A stretch of DNA of 64,000 nucleotides from a virus. Taxonomy: Duplodnaviria; Heunggongvirae; Uroviricota; Caudoviricetes. Below the pieces are notes generated by a model that worked only from the letters and a program-made list of their open reading frames with translations, ran no database searches and had not been told where the DNA came from. The DNA lies in the IMG/VR virus record IMGVR_UViG_3300035208_001055, positions 56,494 through 120,493 of that record. The stretch is one strand, 5' to 3'. Shown here piece after piece: positions 16,576-25,904 of this stretch (within the stretch, counting starts at the first letter, position 1; each line of letters starts with the position of its first letter). A program made the translations under genes and the position numbers.

Positions 16576-16980
16576 TCAGTCCAAAGCGATCTCTGGACCG
16601 CAATGCTCCTCAACGTTCTCTTTCTCGAACGGCCCGACAACCGAGCCCGCTTCAGTTTCCTCCGCCGGTTCATCCACCGGTTCCGATTTTGCGTCAATCA
16701 CGTTCATGGCTTGCTTGTCCGCCGGTGTGATAGGTCGCACCCGTGGCTTAACGGCATACCATTGTAACAGCGCCTTGAACACATCATCCGGCCCAAGTGT
16801 CTCAAGTACAGCGACAGGAAACTGCGACTTCGCACCAGCGAAAAAGACGACCCGGTAATTGAGAACCGAACCGTCTGGCAGTGACGCCTTAATCGTCGCC
16901 TCGATCTGAGGGTTGATTTGCTGGTCGCCTAAATCATGCAACTGCCCATCCAAAGGTCCGCCAATCATCAACATTTTCAT
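16576..16980 (-). CDS. Hypothetical protein
   Basis: 134-aa ORF. Confidence 0.3.
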   Translation of the reverse strand: MKMLMIGGPLDGQLHDLGDQQINPQIEATIKASLPDGSVLNYRVVFFAGAKSQFPVAVLETLGPDDVFKALLQWYAVKPRVRPITPADKQAMNVIDAKSEPVDEPAEETEAGSVVGPFEKENVEEHCGPEIALD

Positions 16981-17480
16981 ACAGATTTCTCCTCGCTCGT
17001 TTTGGTATCAAGAATCGGCCAATTTCCATCCTCGCACGTTTCACTACGTATTCTAGCCTTTGCCGCTAGAATACAGCCACATGCCATACATCTCCATCCG
17101 ACACGCCTGTTTGTCGGGCACTTGTCACAGATAGTGATACGTGTTTCATACTCGTCCCTTGTCACCGTTTTGAAGCCATCTATCGCAAACTGCGCCATTG
17201 CCACCGCGAAGTTCCATACTTGTGTTGCAAAAGGTGGCGGCACGGTGGCCGCATTATCACGCAAGTCCTTCAAGTGTGCAATGTCAAATGGTGGACGTGA
17301 TTGTTCGATACGGGTGACTTCTAAATTCGGGTCAGCCAACAATCCCTTAATTTCGTCCTCCGTGAGTCGAGAATCTGTCACCATTTTTACATACTCCACC
17401 ATCTCATCCTGAGTCACCCAACTCGGGATTGTTAGTTTCGTCACGCGAAATCCACGTCGTTTAAGACCCGAAAATGGCAT
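16977..17480 (-). CDS. Hypothetical protein with C-terminal Cys cluster (putative Zn-binding)
   Basis: CDKCPTNRRVGWRCMACGC. Confidence 0.3.
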   Translation of the reverse strand: MPFSGLKRRGFRVTKLTIPSWVTQDEMVEYVKMVTDSRLTEDEIKGLLADPNLEVTRIEQSRPPFDIAHLKDLRDNAATVPPPFATQVWNFAVAMAQFAIDGFKTVTRDEYETRITICDKCPTNRRVGWRCMACGCILAAKARIRSETCEDGNWPILDTKTSEEKSV

Positions 17481-18657
17481 CTATGTAATACTCCCACGTT
17501 TGAAAAAATGTGGCTCCAAATTCAATATCCCACTCCCACGCTGCGTTAAATACCGAACCACTGTTGCCCGACGAACCATTTGGTCCGGGGTAACTGCATG
17601 TGCAACCACTTCCGCTGTCATAACTGTATGACGTATAACCACTGCACCCATTCGTGTACGAACTCGAAGAACTCCATCCGCCTTCCCACCAAATCCCGCA
17701 CATCATCCAGTTATGCGGTTCCCAGGGACTCATGTAGGGGCAACCTGCGCCATCGTCAGGGGACAAAAGCATTGATCCGTACTGAGAGGAGTTGCTTGAG
17801 GTCCACGTATCGGTGTGTTCGGTGTCGAATAACGTCCCTTTGATTGGATGATAGGCGGTTGATAGATTCTCAACTACTGGTTCTATGTCTTGTATCAATT
17901 GAAGCAATTGCCAGATACCGAGATTTGTGCCGCCGCCCGTTTGTGGCGTGAGAACCCATTCGTCATCATCGGAACCCTCTTCAGTGCCCCCGAAAGGCTC
18001 TAAAATAGTTCCGTCCACACCTATAGGTCCGACCGTGGCAAATTCCCATATTCCCGAATCAAAGTAACGTGTCCACATCCAAAATCTGTGTGTTTGTCCT
18101 GGCTCTGCTAATTTTTGATTGACATAAGATTGCCAACCGCTTGGGCTACCTTCACCGTCCCCAGACTCAGCTAACCAACGCGCGCCATTCTTAGCTTGCC
18201 CCGAGCACCATTTGAATGTCCACTCAGCGACCCCCGCTATCTCATCGTAATTTTGCTCATCAGTTGTGTTTGGATAGGCTGACGCCCGCCGCAAGTCATT
18301 AACTTCATCCTCATGCCAGAATTTTGCATCATCCTTGGCAATCGCCCACTCCATCTCATATTGATCGGTTTCAATTGCCGTCTTCAAATCAACGATGTCG
18401 GATTTCATCCACACTTTAGGTGCAGTTGGAATTGTTATTGACGACTCGGGGACAATAGCAACATGCGTCTCGACAATCTGCTTATACGCCTCGAACGTGA
18501 AAGGAAGATTCTCATGTTCAGGCGTTGGATGATCGTGCCGATTTACCGGATACTGAAATGCGCTGCCATCGCACCACACCGGAGGATCAAGGTCCGGCCG
18601 TAATGGTTTCCAGAAAGTTATCTCTGGACGATTCGGGTCATTAGGATCGGCAGGCAT
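17461..18657 (-). CDS. Hypothetical protein (Trp-rich, 398 aa)
   Basis: Long ORF with no motif I recognise. Confidence 0.3.
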   Translation of the reverse strand: MPADPNDPNRPEITFWKPLRPDLDPPVWCDGSAFQYPVNRHDHPTPEHENLPFTFEAYKQIVETHVAIVPESSITIPTAPKVWMKSDIVDLKTAIETDQYEMEWAIAKDDAKFWHEDEVNDLRRASAYPNTTDEQNYDEIAGVAEWTFKWCSGQAKNGARWLAESGDGEGSPSGWQSYVNQKLAEPGQTHRFWMWTRYFDSGIWEFATVGPIGVDGTILEPFGGTEEGSDDDEWVLTPQTGGGTNLGIWQLLQLIQDIEPVVENLSTAYHPIKGTLFDTEHTDTWTSSNSSQYGSMLLSPDDGAGCPYMSPWEPHNWMMCGIWWEGGWSSSSSYTNGCSGYTSYSYDSGSGCTCSYPGPNGSSGNSGSVFNAAWEWDIEFGATFFQTWEYYIDAIFGS

Positions 18658-18659
18658 AC

Positions 18660-18845
18660 TTAGGTGTCCGTCTCGTTCACATGAATCTCATCGTCAGTTG
18701 CAATCGTAAGTCCTATCGCCGGGTCGTGCGGCGGAAAACGAATCACGACGGTGCCGTCCTTGAGTTCCCTAACCATTTCATCCGTGAACTCTAACCGCCG
18801 CACTCTCTCTCCCTCGCGCCATAGTTCTACTACCCACTTGTGCAT
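18660..18845 (-). CDS. Hypothetical small protein
   Basis: 61-aa ORF. Confidence 0.2.
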   Translation of the reverse strand: MHKWVVELWREGERVRRLEFTDEMVRELKDGTVVIRFPPHDPAIGLTIATDDEIHVNETDT

Positions 18846-18859
18846 GGCGCACCTCCATA

Positions 18860-19102
18860 TTAGAGTTCTGGTGTTTTCCCTGTCCTCCGCGCAACTGCCA
18901 GTCCTTGCTTGATCGCCAATTTCTTAGCTCTCATTTGACTGGACTTATTCTTCGCCGTGTAGGTGTACTTCTTTCCAGAACTACCCCACTGATACGCTGG
19001 CTTCCCAGCTTGTGTTGTTCGGTGTATTGGCATTGGGTCCTCCCAAAAGTCCGACCAACAGTGACCACACTGCTGGTCGAGCAACGTTGTTATGAGTGTC
19101 AT
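18860..19102 (-). CDS. Hypothetical small basic protein
   Basis: 80-aa ORF; its stop overlaps the next gene's start. Confidence 0.25.
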   Translation of the reverse strand: MTLITTLLDQQCGHCWSDFWEDPMPIHRTTQAGKPAYQWGSSGKKYTYTAKNKSSQMRAKKLAIKQGLAVARRTGKTPEL

Positions 19103-20454
19103 TCAGATTCGCCTCTTGGAACCCAAATAGGACCGACATCGCGGCCCCCGTCAATCTTATACCTCTTCGGACCTTGCTTCTCATTCGGATGCCGAAGTTT
19201 GCAATTCATCCGCCACGTCACTCCGTGACGCGGATTTGTTCCGTGCAACCATTGTGCCGGTTCACGATAACTTGAGAAACTGTTGTACGCAAAGGAATCG
19301 GTCGCCAACCACGACCCATTCACCATCAACTCACCGTCAATATCCGATAGAACACTGGCCGTGTGGTGATGGCCCACACAAAAGTATCGCACTCGTTGGG
19401 CACCGGCGGCTGCGCCAAGGGCTATCAAACCCTTTTGTCGGCGAACCATGCCGTACCAAGGAATCCCCAGGTTGCTACGTGCGTCGTCACCGTGCGAGAT
19501 ATTGAACCCGACGCCGTTGATCTCAACATTGGCGCTCCACGCATCGGGAATCAAGAAATGGACATTCGACAAATCCTTGCTGTGTAAACGCGCGACCTCA
19601 GCACACAAGTAATCCCAGTTGTCTTGCGCCCCGGCGTAGTCCTTCTTGATCGTTCGCCGCCCGTGGTTTCCGGCGAGATACAAGACATTCACGCGCTCGA
19701 AGTAAGCCGACAAATCACGGAACATCATTGAATGCAATTGACCAATCGCAAGACAATTCCGAAACTGGTTTCGGTAATACGACCGTGGAGTGTGTCCATG
19801 AATCTCACCCGAAGTAAAATCGCCATACGCCAGCACCCACAACACGGGGAAGTAATACTTCGGTGCCAACGTATCCTGCGTAAATTCGATCACGGTGTCA
19901 ACAAGTCGCTCGCCGCGCGAACACGAGATTGGAAAATTGTACTCCTCCAAGCCGCCCACTTCCTCGGCGCGCACAACTTGGTCATGGTGCCCGTCGCTCA
20001 TGTGCAAGACACAGTGTTCCACAATCTTCGACTTGCGAGGATGTTCAGCAACAGGTGGCAACGCCGCATACGGGATAATCCGCTCGTCCATCTCTTTCAC
20101 AATGGCCTTAATAATGCCACGATCACGAGCACCGGCCTTCGTTTTTCGACGTTCCAGAGTCAACTCATCACGCAGACTCACGACTTCAGACTCCAAATCT
20201 TGCACACGCACGTCGGTCGGATCATAGTCAGTCGTCTTGGTCTGCCCCCCTTGCAACTTGACAGGTTGACCGTTGCCATCGTCCGGCCACGGTACGTCCG
20301 TGTGAACTCGATTCGTAGCGATGTCAGAAATAACGGAGCGACTGACCCCGAATTTCGCGGCGACCTTTGGTTGCGTTGTGCCCTGGCTGAGCAACACTTT
20401 GATCTCGCCGACTTTCTCTTTGGTTAGCTTCATAGGTTTTCTATCCTTAATCAA
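19099..20454 (-). CDS. HTH DNA-binding domain fused to calcineurin-like metallophosphoesterase
   Basis: N-terminal VAAKFGVSRSVISDIATNR (HTH-like), a central coiled region, and C-terminal MSDGHHD, YGDFTSGE, LAGNHG and VGHHHTAS. Confidence 0.5.
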   Translation of the reverse strand: MIKDRKPMKLTKEKVGEIKVLLSQGTTQPKVAAKFGVSRSVISDIATNRVHTDVPWPDDGNGQPVKLQGGQTKTTDYDPTDVRVQDLESEVVSLRDELTLERRKTKAGARDRGIIKAIVKEMDERIIPYAALPPVAEHPRKSKIVEHCVLHMSDGHHDQVVRAEEVGGLEEYNFPISCSRGERLVDTVIEFTQDTLAPKYYFPVLWVLAYGDFTSGEIHGHTPRSYYRNQFRNCLAIGQLHSMMFRDLSAYFERVNVLYLAGNHGRRTIKKDYAGAQDNWDYLCAEVARLHSKDLSNVHFLIPDAWSANVEINGVGFNISHGDDARSNLGIPWYGMVRRQKGLIALGAAAGAQRVRYFCVGHHHTASVLSDIDGELMVNGSWLATDSFAYNSFSSYREPAQWLHGTNPRHGVTWRMNCKLRHPNEKQGPKRYKIDGGRDVGPIWVPRGESE

Positions 20455-20492
20455 TGGCCCAAGGATCGAGTGGTTTATCCTTGACCTCGGGG

Positions 20493-21368
20493 TTACGTTT
20501 TGCTTTTCTCCGGTTCCGACGATGCACGTACTTCTTGTACCACTTCTTCACATTGGGTGCATCCATCGAGCGTGTTGTTCGTTTCCAACTGTTGGATCGA
20601 CTCATCATCTACTCCTTCATCTACTCCCTCGATCACTTCCTTACAACGTTGATTTGCGGCCACGGCGTCGGCCTCAATAATCTCGCAACCTTGAAATTGC
20701 CGTCTCAACTTCAATGCCACCATCCCGGTCGAACCGTACCCTGCGAATGGATCAATGATCGTGTCGCCCGGATTTGAATGCGTCTCAATCAGGCGAGCCA
20801 TTAGCGGTTCTGGCTTTTGACAATACCGCTTAGGTCGAAACAACTCCGGTATGTCGGACCAAACGTTCGTCACTCTCTTGAACTCGGACTTGGCCGGATA
20901 CTTTGCGTTGAATCCAGCGTATCCTCGTTTCTCTGCTAGAAGAGGTATGTTGAATGTGAACGACTCCGACATCGTGTACCAAAGAATCTCTTCGCGTGTG
21001 AAAAGGTAGTCGTCCTTTTTTCCGTATGCTCGCTTCTTGCCCCATGTGATCCAGTTTTGATACACAAAACGACGATCCATTGCTTCGATCATACGCAGAA
21101 GCGGACGTTGTTGTGATTTACCAATCCCGCCGAAAAAGACTATCGACCCTGTGGGTTTTAGAACTCTTCGACAAGCTGTGAAAATCCAAAAAAGCCACGC
21201 TACAAAGTCTTCCACACTGTTCCATTGGTTGTCCCACGAATCTTTCACAATCCCATAGTACGGCGGATCAGTAAGCACCAAGTCCACCGAGTTCTCCGGT
21301 AGACTTTCGACAAACTTCAGTGCGTCTGAGTGCTGTATGTATTGCATGGGTCTCACTGCGCGATTCAC
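20493..21368 (-). CDS. DNA methyltransferase, beta class (N6-adenine or N4-cytosine)
   Basis: Motif IV LTDPPYY precedes motif I IIDPFAGYGSTG, which is the beta-class order. Confidence 0.75.
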   Translation of the reverse strand: MNRAVRPMQYIQHSDALKFVESLPENSVDLVLTDPPYYGIVKDSWDNQWNSVEDFVAWLFWIFTACRRVLKPTGSIVFFGGIGKSQQRPLLRMIEAMDRRFVYQNWITWGKKRAYGKKDDYLFTREEILWYTMSESFTFNIPLLAEKRGYAGFNAKYPAKSEFKRVTNVWSDIPELFRPKRYCQKPEPLMARLIETHSNPGDTIIDPFAGYGSTGMVALKLRRQFQGCEIIEADAVAANQRCKEVIEGVDEGVDDESIQQLETNNTLDGCTQCEEVVQEVRASSEPEKSKT

Positions 21369-21431
21369 CGAAAGAGATTAAAGTCGGAAGGGCAATGTTG
21401 CCCTTCCGACTCTCCGTGTTCCAACCAATCA

Positions 21432-22382
21432 CTACTTCACTGACTTATACAGCCAGTTTCCAAAGTCCTTGACCCATTCCGGTGTGACACACGGGGATGG
21501 CGAGCCACGACCAAGGCTACTGTCATTCGGCATGATACCGCCACTTTCCACCGGTATCTGTTCGATCTCGGCGAGTGTCGGTGGAGTGGCCGATGTGTTA
21601 ATCGTCCACTCAATCTTCGCTTCCTTTGCCCACGTCTGAATACGGCGAACAGGCACAATGAAATTGAAACCTTGCGATTGCATGACGCCTTGCGTCAACA
21701 TGCCGATATAAGTTCCATCTGCCTTCAAATAAACGCCGCCACCAGAAGAACCCGGAAATGCCACAGCCGTTACTTGGTCGAAGACCTTCGAGCTAGCGCC
21801 ACGACCGTCGAGCAGTCGCCCAGTTTGACTGAGAACACCTGTCGTATAACTGTTGGCTCCAAATTGCCCAAGAAGACTTCCACAATGACTCACATCCACG
21901 CCCATCGGTGGAATGTAATCATCCTTCGTAGGAAACTTCGCGCACACCGTCGCCGGATACGCATTAAGACGACGCACCATGAGTACGGCAAGGTCCTCAC
22001 CATATTCGGCATCGCTATACTTAATAACCTTGCAATCCAACTTCGTCTCGCCGACACGCCGCCCGTTTTGATAAAGTTCTTGAACAATCTGCGGGTCCTT
22101 GAACTCGATCAAAACTTTTGTATCTCCCTTCGGTGTAATAACTCGACGTACATGACGCAGGTTATCCACGACGTGCGCAGCCGTCCATACGAAAGCAGCG
22201 GTGTCCTCTCCGATTTTTCGGACGACGAGTGTACCCGATCCTTGCGATTGGCCTGACTTGATCGTCACGCTAATTTGCTGCAAGTAGTCAGGAACATCAG
22301 CCACAGGAATGACATCGGCGGCGCTCGCCACGCCGCACAAGCACAGAGCCACGAGACAAGTCATAAGAACACGGAACTTCAT
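21432..22382 (-). CDS. Secreted trypsin-like (S1) serine protease
   Basis: Signal peptide MKFRVLMTCLVALCLCGVASA. His WTAAHVV, Asp GEDLAVL, Ser FPGSSGGGVY. Confidence 0.6.
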   Translation of the reverse strand: MKFRVLMTCLVALCLCGVASAADVIPVADVPDYLQQISVTIKSGQSQGSGTLVVRKIGEDTAAFVWTAAHVVDNLRHVRRVITPKGDTKVLIEFKDPQIVQELYQNGRRVGETKLDCKVIKYSDAEYGEDLAVLMVRRLNAYPATVCAKFPTKDDYIPPMGVDVSHCGSLLGQFGANSYTTGVLSQTGRLLDGRGASSKVFDQVTAVAFPGSSGGGVYLKADGTYIGMLTQGVMQSQGFNFIVPVRRIQTWAKEAKIEWTINTSATPPTLAEIEQIPVESGGIMPNDSSLGRGSPSPCVTPEWVKDFGNWLYKSVK

Positions 22383-22445
22383 GGGTTCATCTCCTAAAAA
22401 GTGTAAACGCAAACACAACACAAACACAAGGTAAACACAAAACAA

Positions 22446-24425
22446 CTAAACAACGACATCGACGGTCACAACGCCGTCCTCAACGCCTTTCGGGTTCTCC
22501 CAGTCAATGTCGCCCATAACCTCGCCCATCGTCAACAACTCAAGGCGGCGGTTTTCCTTAATCACTTCCAAGACTTTCTCATCACTTGGCAAGTGGATCA
22601 AATCAACGATCAAGACGCCTCGGTTCATATCCGCGCCAATGCGGTGGATACGATCTTCTGACTGTGTGCGGCTTTCCGGTTTGTACGTATTCGACCAGTA
22701 GACCGCCATGCGCGATTCCGTCAACGTGAAACTCGATCCGCCAGATTCAGGATGGGCAACCCACGCTACGCGAGGATGCTTCACAGTATCAGCCCAATAA
22801 TCCAAGGGCTTTTCATCTGTGACGATTTTATTCTCGTGTGTGATTGCTTGGAATGCAGTGCCATCGCAACGCACAACATCCCAGCCCTCTTCCTGGCACA
22901 GTCGCACGCACCGATCAACAGCCGCCGTAAATCCGGCGAAAATCACGATACGTCCTTGCTCATCGTTCTCCGCCAACAATTCCTTTAGTGCTGCGTCTTT
23001 TGGACAGGGCACCTCGCGGGTTTTCTTCACGAACTTCGGAACCTCACACGTCCCGCGACACGCAGGGCAGACTACCTCCGTCTTTCGCAGCCGTGCAGCA
23101 ATATCGTCTTGCAACAAGTCAATCGAGCGGTAGGTACAAGTTGGATTTTCCGGGTCGCTCCATTCCGACACCTTTCCCTCGACGCAATGTGTGCAGCGAG
23201 TCGTCCCTTCCTTGACCTCGTAATACTGAAAACCGTCGCTCAACTCACGCAGTAAGGTGGCTCCTGTCAAAGCATTCTGCGCCGACTGAGCAATCGCTTG
23301 TGCGACTCGAACAATACTCGCACTCGGTTTACAGTAAACACGACGGTAACGTTTTTCAGGAAGGTCGAGACAGTCCTTTTTGTGGCGAACAATGGCGAGT
23401 CCATTGAGTCGTTTTTCAACGAGTGCCACTTCATTGATACTCTTTTCCCACGGATGGTAGTCAGTTGGATCGGCGCACTGATCCATGTGATGATTCTGAT
23501 GGTCCTCATATTCACCACACTGCTTACACTTCAACTCGTCGTCACGCCACCCCTCTAATTTCTTGATGGTAACGCCACTCTCGAACGTATGTGGCGATGT
23601 GAATGCAAGTCGCTCGCGGAAGGCTTTATCGCTGCCCTCGGCAAGGAAGCCCGGCCATGCAATCTCAGCCTGCGCCCACCAGTCAACAGGACTTTTAGGC
23701 GACGGCGATCCCGACATGAGAATCACATAGCCATCCGTCACCCCGTATTTTTCACGAATCAAGTCCGCAAGTCGTGCGGCTGCCTTTGTACGTTGCGTTG
23801 TCCATGTCTTCAATTTCGACGATTCATCAAAGATAACTCCGTTAGGAAGAAAGTCGCCTGGCTTCCACTCATCCATTCGTCGGACCAAGCCGTCAAATGT
23901 CATAAACTCCACGCGGATTCGATCAACAGGGAACCCCCAGATCAAAAATTCACGTTGGATATTTTGAAGCGAAGTCTTAGGTCCGACCCACCACCATTCA
24001 ATCTGTCCTGACCGTTCGATGACTTCTTGGGCTGCAAGTGTCTTACCAAGTCCCATCTCAGCGGCGAAGATTTGATAGTGATATGTCAACCCACCGTCGG
24101 CTAAGTCTCGTTGATGCTGCATCAACGGGCGTGCATACTCAAAGTGCTGAATCGGTTGATCGAAATGCGCGTAGGTATTCTCACCAGCCATGAAACGAAT
24201 TGACTGCCAATTTCGGTGACAATCTTCAACAGACCAAACCTTCAGCGGCTTGTCTTCGTCGAAGCCATGCCATTTAGCCCCTCGCATTGCTTTAATGGCG
24301 TCCTTGAAGCAAAAGTCACTTTTCACAAACCAGATTCGACCGTCCTTGACCTCGATGATAACGTCCTGTTGACGTTTTCGACCAAGGTTATCACGCTTAA
24401 ACCAAGTGATCTTCTGCAATGCCAT
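22446..24425 (-). CDS. SNF2-family (SF2) helicase with Zn-finger inserts
   Basis: Motif I EMGLGKT, motif II VIFDESS, motif VI SEDRIHRIG; CKQCGEY...C and CTHC...CPACRGTC. Confidence 0.7.
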   Translation of the reverse strand: MALQKITWFKRDNLGRKRQQDVIIEVKDGRIWFVKSDFCFKDAIKAMRGAKWHGFDEDKPLKVWSVEDCHRNWQSIRFMAGENTYAHFDQPIQHFEYARPLMQHQRDLADGGLTYHYQIFAAEMGLGKTLAAQEVIERSGQIEWWWVGPKTSLQNIQREFLIWGFPVDRIRVEFMTFDGLVRRMDEWKPGDFLPNGVIFDESSKLKTWTTQRTKAAARLADLIREKYGVTDGYVILMSGSPSPKSPVDWWAQAEIAWPGFLAEGSDKAFRERLAFTSPHTFESGVTIKKLEGWRDDELKCKQCGEYEDHQNHHMDQCADPTDYHPWEKSINEVALVEKRLNGLAIVRHKKDCLDLPEKRYRRVYCKPSASIVRVAQAIAQSAQNALTGATLLRELSDGFQYYEVKEGTTRCTHCVEGKVSEWSDPENPTCTYRSIDLLQDDIAARLRKTEVVCPACRGTCEVPKFVKKTREVPCPKDAALKELLAENDEQGRIVIFAGFTAAVDRCVRLCQEEGWDVVRCDGTAFQAITHENKIVTDEKPLDYWADTVKHPRVAWVAHPESGGSSFTLTESRMAVYWSNTYKPESRTQSEDRIHRIGADMNRGVLIVDLIHLPSDEKVLEVIKENRRLELLTMGEVMGDIDWENPKGVEDGVVTVDVVV

Positions 24426-24952
24426 CAGTGACCTCGTTTATCTTCTAACAGGTACGTCACCTGATCGGGAGCCGGACGTTGCCGATAGTCCGTCCACGGA
24501 TTGACGCCTTCTTCTTGAAAAAGTCCCTGTATTTTGTTGAACAAAAAACGAACAGACGAATCAACATCGAGACTCGACCCTGCGATCACTGCTATCTTCC
24601 ACTGTAGTAACGTGCCTGTTACGACAAGTAGCCACACATTCCGCATTGTCGTCTCGACTGATACGAACGGCATATTCGATGCACACTCCATAATCGGCAA
24701 CACATCGACGCCATCGACGACCATCAACAAACTATACGACACATGCGCCAGCAATTTTGGACTCAATTCAACCTTGGCCTTCGGGTCCCGCATTGCCGCT
24801 AGGTAACTAATAAACCGGGCTGCATCGGACATTGTACGACCCGACGCATCCGCAGCGGCAGACGGACTATGGCCCAGCACCCTCAACGCTATACCAAGAA
24901 AGGTTGAGGCGTCCACTTCAGTCCGACAGATGATAATAGCTTCTGGTTTCAT
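24425..24952 (-). CDS. Hypothetical protein
   Basis: Start moved to the internal Met (MKPEAIIICRTE) because the upstream part of the ORF is the translated tRNA-like gene. Confidence 0.3.
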   Translation of the reverse strand: MKPEAIIICRTEVDASTFLGIALRVLGHSPSAAADASGRTMSDAARFISYLAAMRDPKAKVELSPKLLAHVSYSLLMVVDGVDVLPIMECASNMPFVSVETTMRNVWLLVVTGTLLQWKIAVIAGSSLDVDSSVRFLFNKIQGLFQEEGVNPWTDYRQRPAPDQVTYLLEDKRGH

Positions 24953-24972
24953 TTTGATTGTCGTACCGTTAA

Positions 24973-25052
24973 AAAGAACGCTGCCGGGACTCGAACCCGG
25001 AACCCGCAATGGCAATCTGCGCCCGTAAACTGGCCGGTGGTGCCCGCCCAGC
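24973..25052 (-). tRNA. tRNA-like gene with atypical D-region (candidate anticodon TGC), followed by a T-run
   Basis: Acceptor GACGCTG/CAGCGTT, canonical T-arm CCGGG-TTCGAGT-CCCGG, anticodon-like stem CGCAG/TTGCG with loop ATTGCCA. D-region is about 8 nt too long and does not fold canonically. TTTTT follows the 3' end. Confidence 0.35.
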
Positions 25053-25112
25053 GTCCATATCATCCCTCTATACTATCTAACGGTCAAAACTGACCGAATT
25101 TCCACAAAATTC

Positions 25113-25853
25113 TTAACGGATTCTGTCCGTATTCGTGTTTCCGTTATCTGGAACCACGGCGGCTCCCTCGGATTTCACCTTCAAGAACTTGTCGATTTGG
25201 GCCAAAACCTCAACCTTGGGAGGTAGATTTGAGAACGGCGTCGAACACTTCACGGCAACCGGAACATGCCAAGAAAACTTGCTCCTGACAAGACGACTCT
25301 TGAGAGTCACGGGCAGCGGTCCATGCACTTCCATTCCCGTCGTGTTCTCGCCACGTGCCGTCGCGCTGTCGATGTCAGCTTGCGAACACGGGAGAAAGGC
25401 AAAAAGTCGCTTCGATTCGATGCGCGAACTCTTTGTCCCGCAGAAGAACTCCAAGAATTGTCCTGTACTGCGCTCATACACGAGGAAACTCGTGCCATAC
25501 ATGCAGCCACTTTCCTTCTCGGCCGATTGTTTCGCAATTCGGTCAAACTCGGGATTGTGGACATCGTAAATCGTAACGATGTTTGCCTTGTCCTTCAAAT
25601 CCACGGCCTTGGGACGGCGGGCCAGCGGCAGAATATCCACAGAGTCGCCCAAGTCCGTAACCTCTTCCTTCGTGACCGGGATACCATAGTTACCCGGAGG
25701 AATCAACCGGGCGTCAACCATCTCACCCTTCGTGAAAAGTTGAAGTCGTGGAAGAAAATCAGACGACTTTGCAATCGCATCAAAGTCGGCGTTCGAGCCG
25801 ATTTGTGTCGAAGGCAATTGTTCAAAACCAACAGGAACCAAAGAGTCAGACAT
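25113..25853 (-). CDS. Hypothetical protein
   Basis: About 247-aa ORF starting at the internal Met (MSDSLVPVG). Confidence 0.3.
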   Translation of the reverse strand: MSDSLVPVGFEQLPSTQIGSNADFDAIAKSSDFLPRLQLFTKGEMVDARLIPPGNYGIPVTKEEVTDLGDSVDILPLARRPKAVDLKDKANIVTIYDVHNPEFDRIAKQSAEKESGCMYGTSFLVYERSTGQFLEFFCGTKSSRIESKRLFAFLPCSQADIDSATARGENTTGMEVHGPLPVTLKSRLVRSKFSWHVPVAVKCSTPFSNLPPKVEVLAQIDKFLKVKSEGAAVVPDNGNTNTDRIR

Positions 25854-25904
25854 GAAAGTGTCCTCCAAAAGAAAACTGTAAAACACAAAACCAATCCATT
25901 AGAA

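Noticed and set aside
16185-16730. 181-aa plus-strand ORF rich in poly-Ser
   Set aside because: It is the reverse-complement reading of the GA(C/T)-GA(A/G) acidic repeat. The minus-strand acidic ORF has a strong SD and tiles exactly with the downstream methyltransferase, so the poly-Ser frame is treated as an artefact. Not fully excluded.
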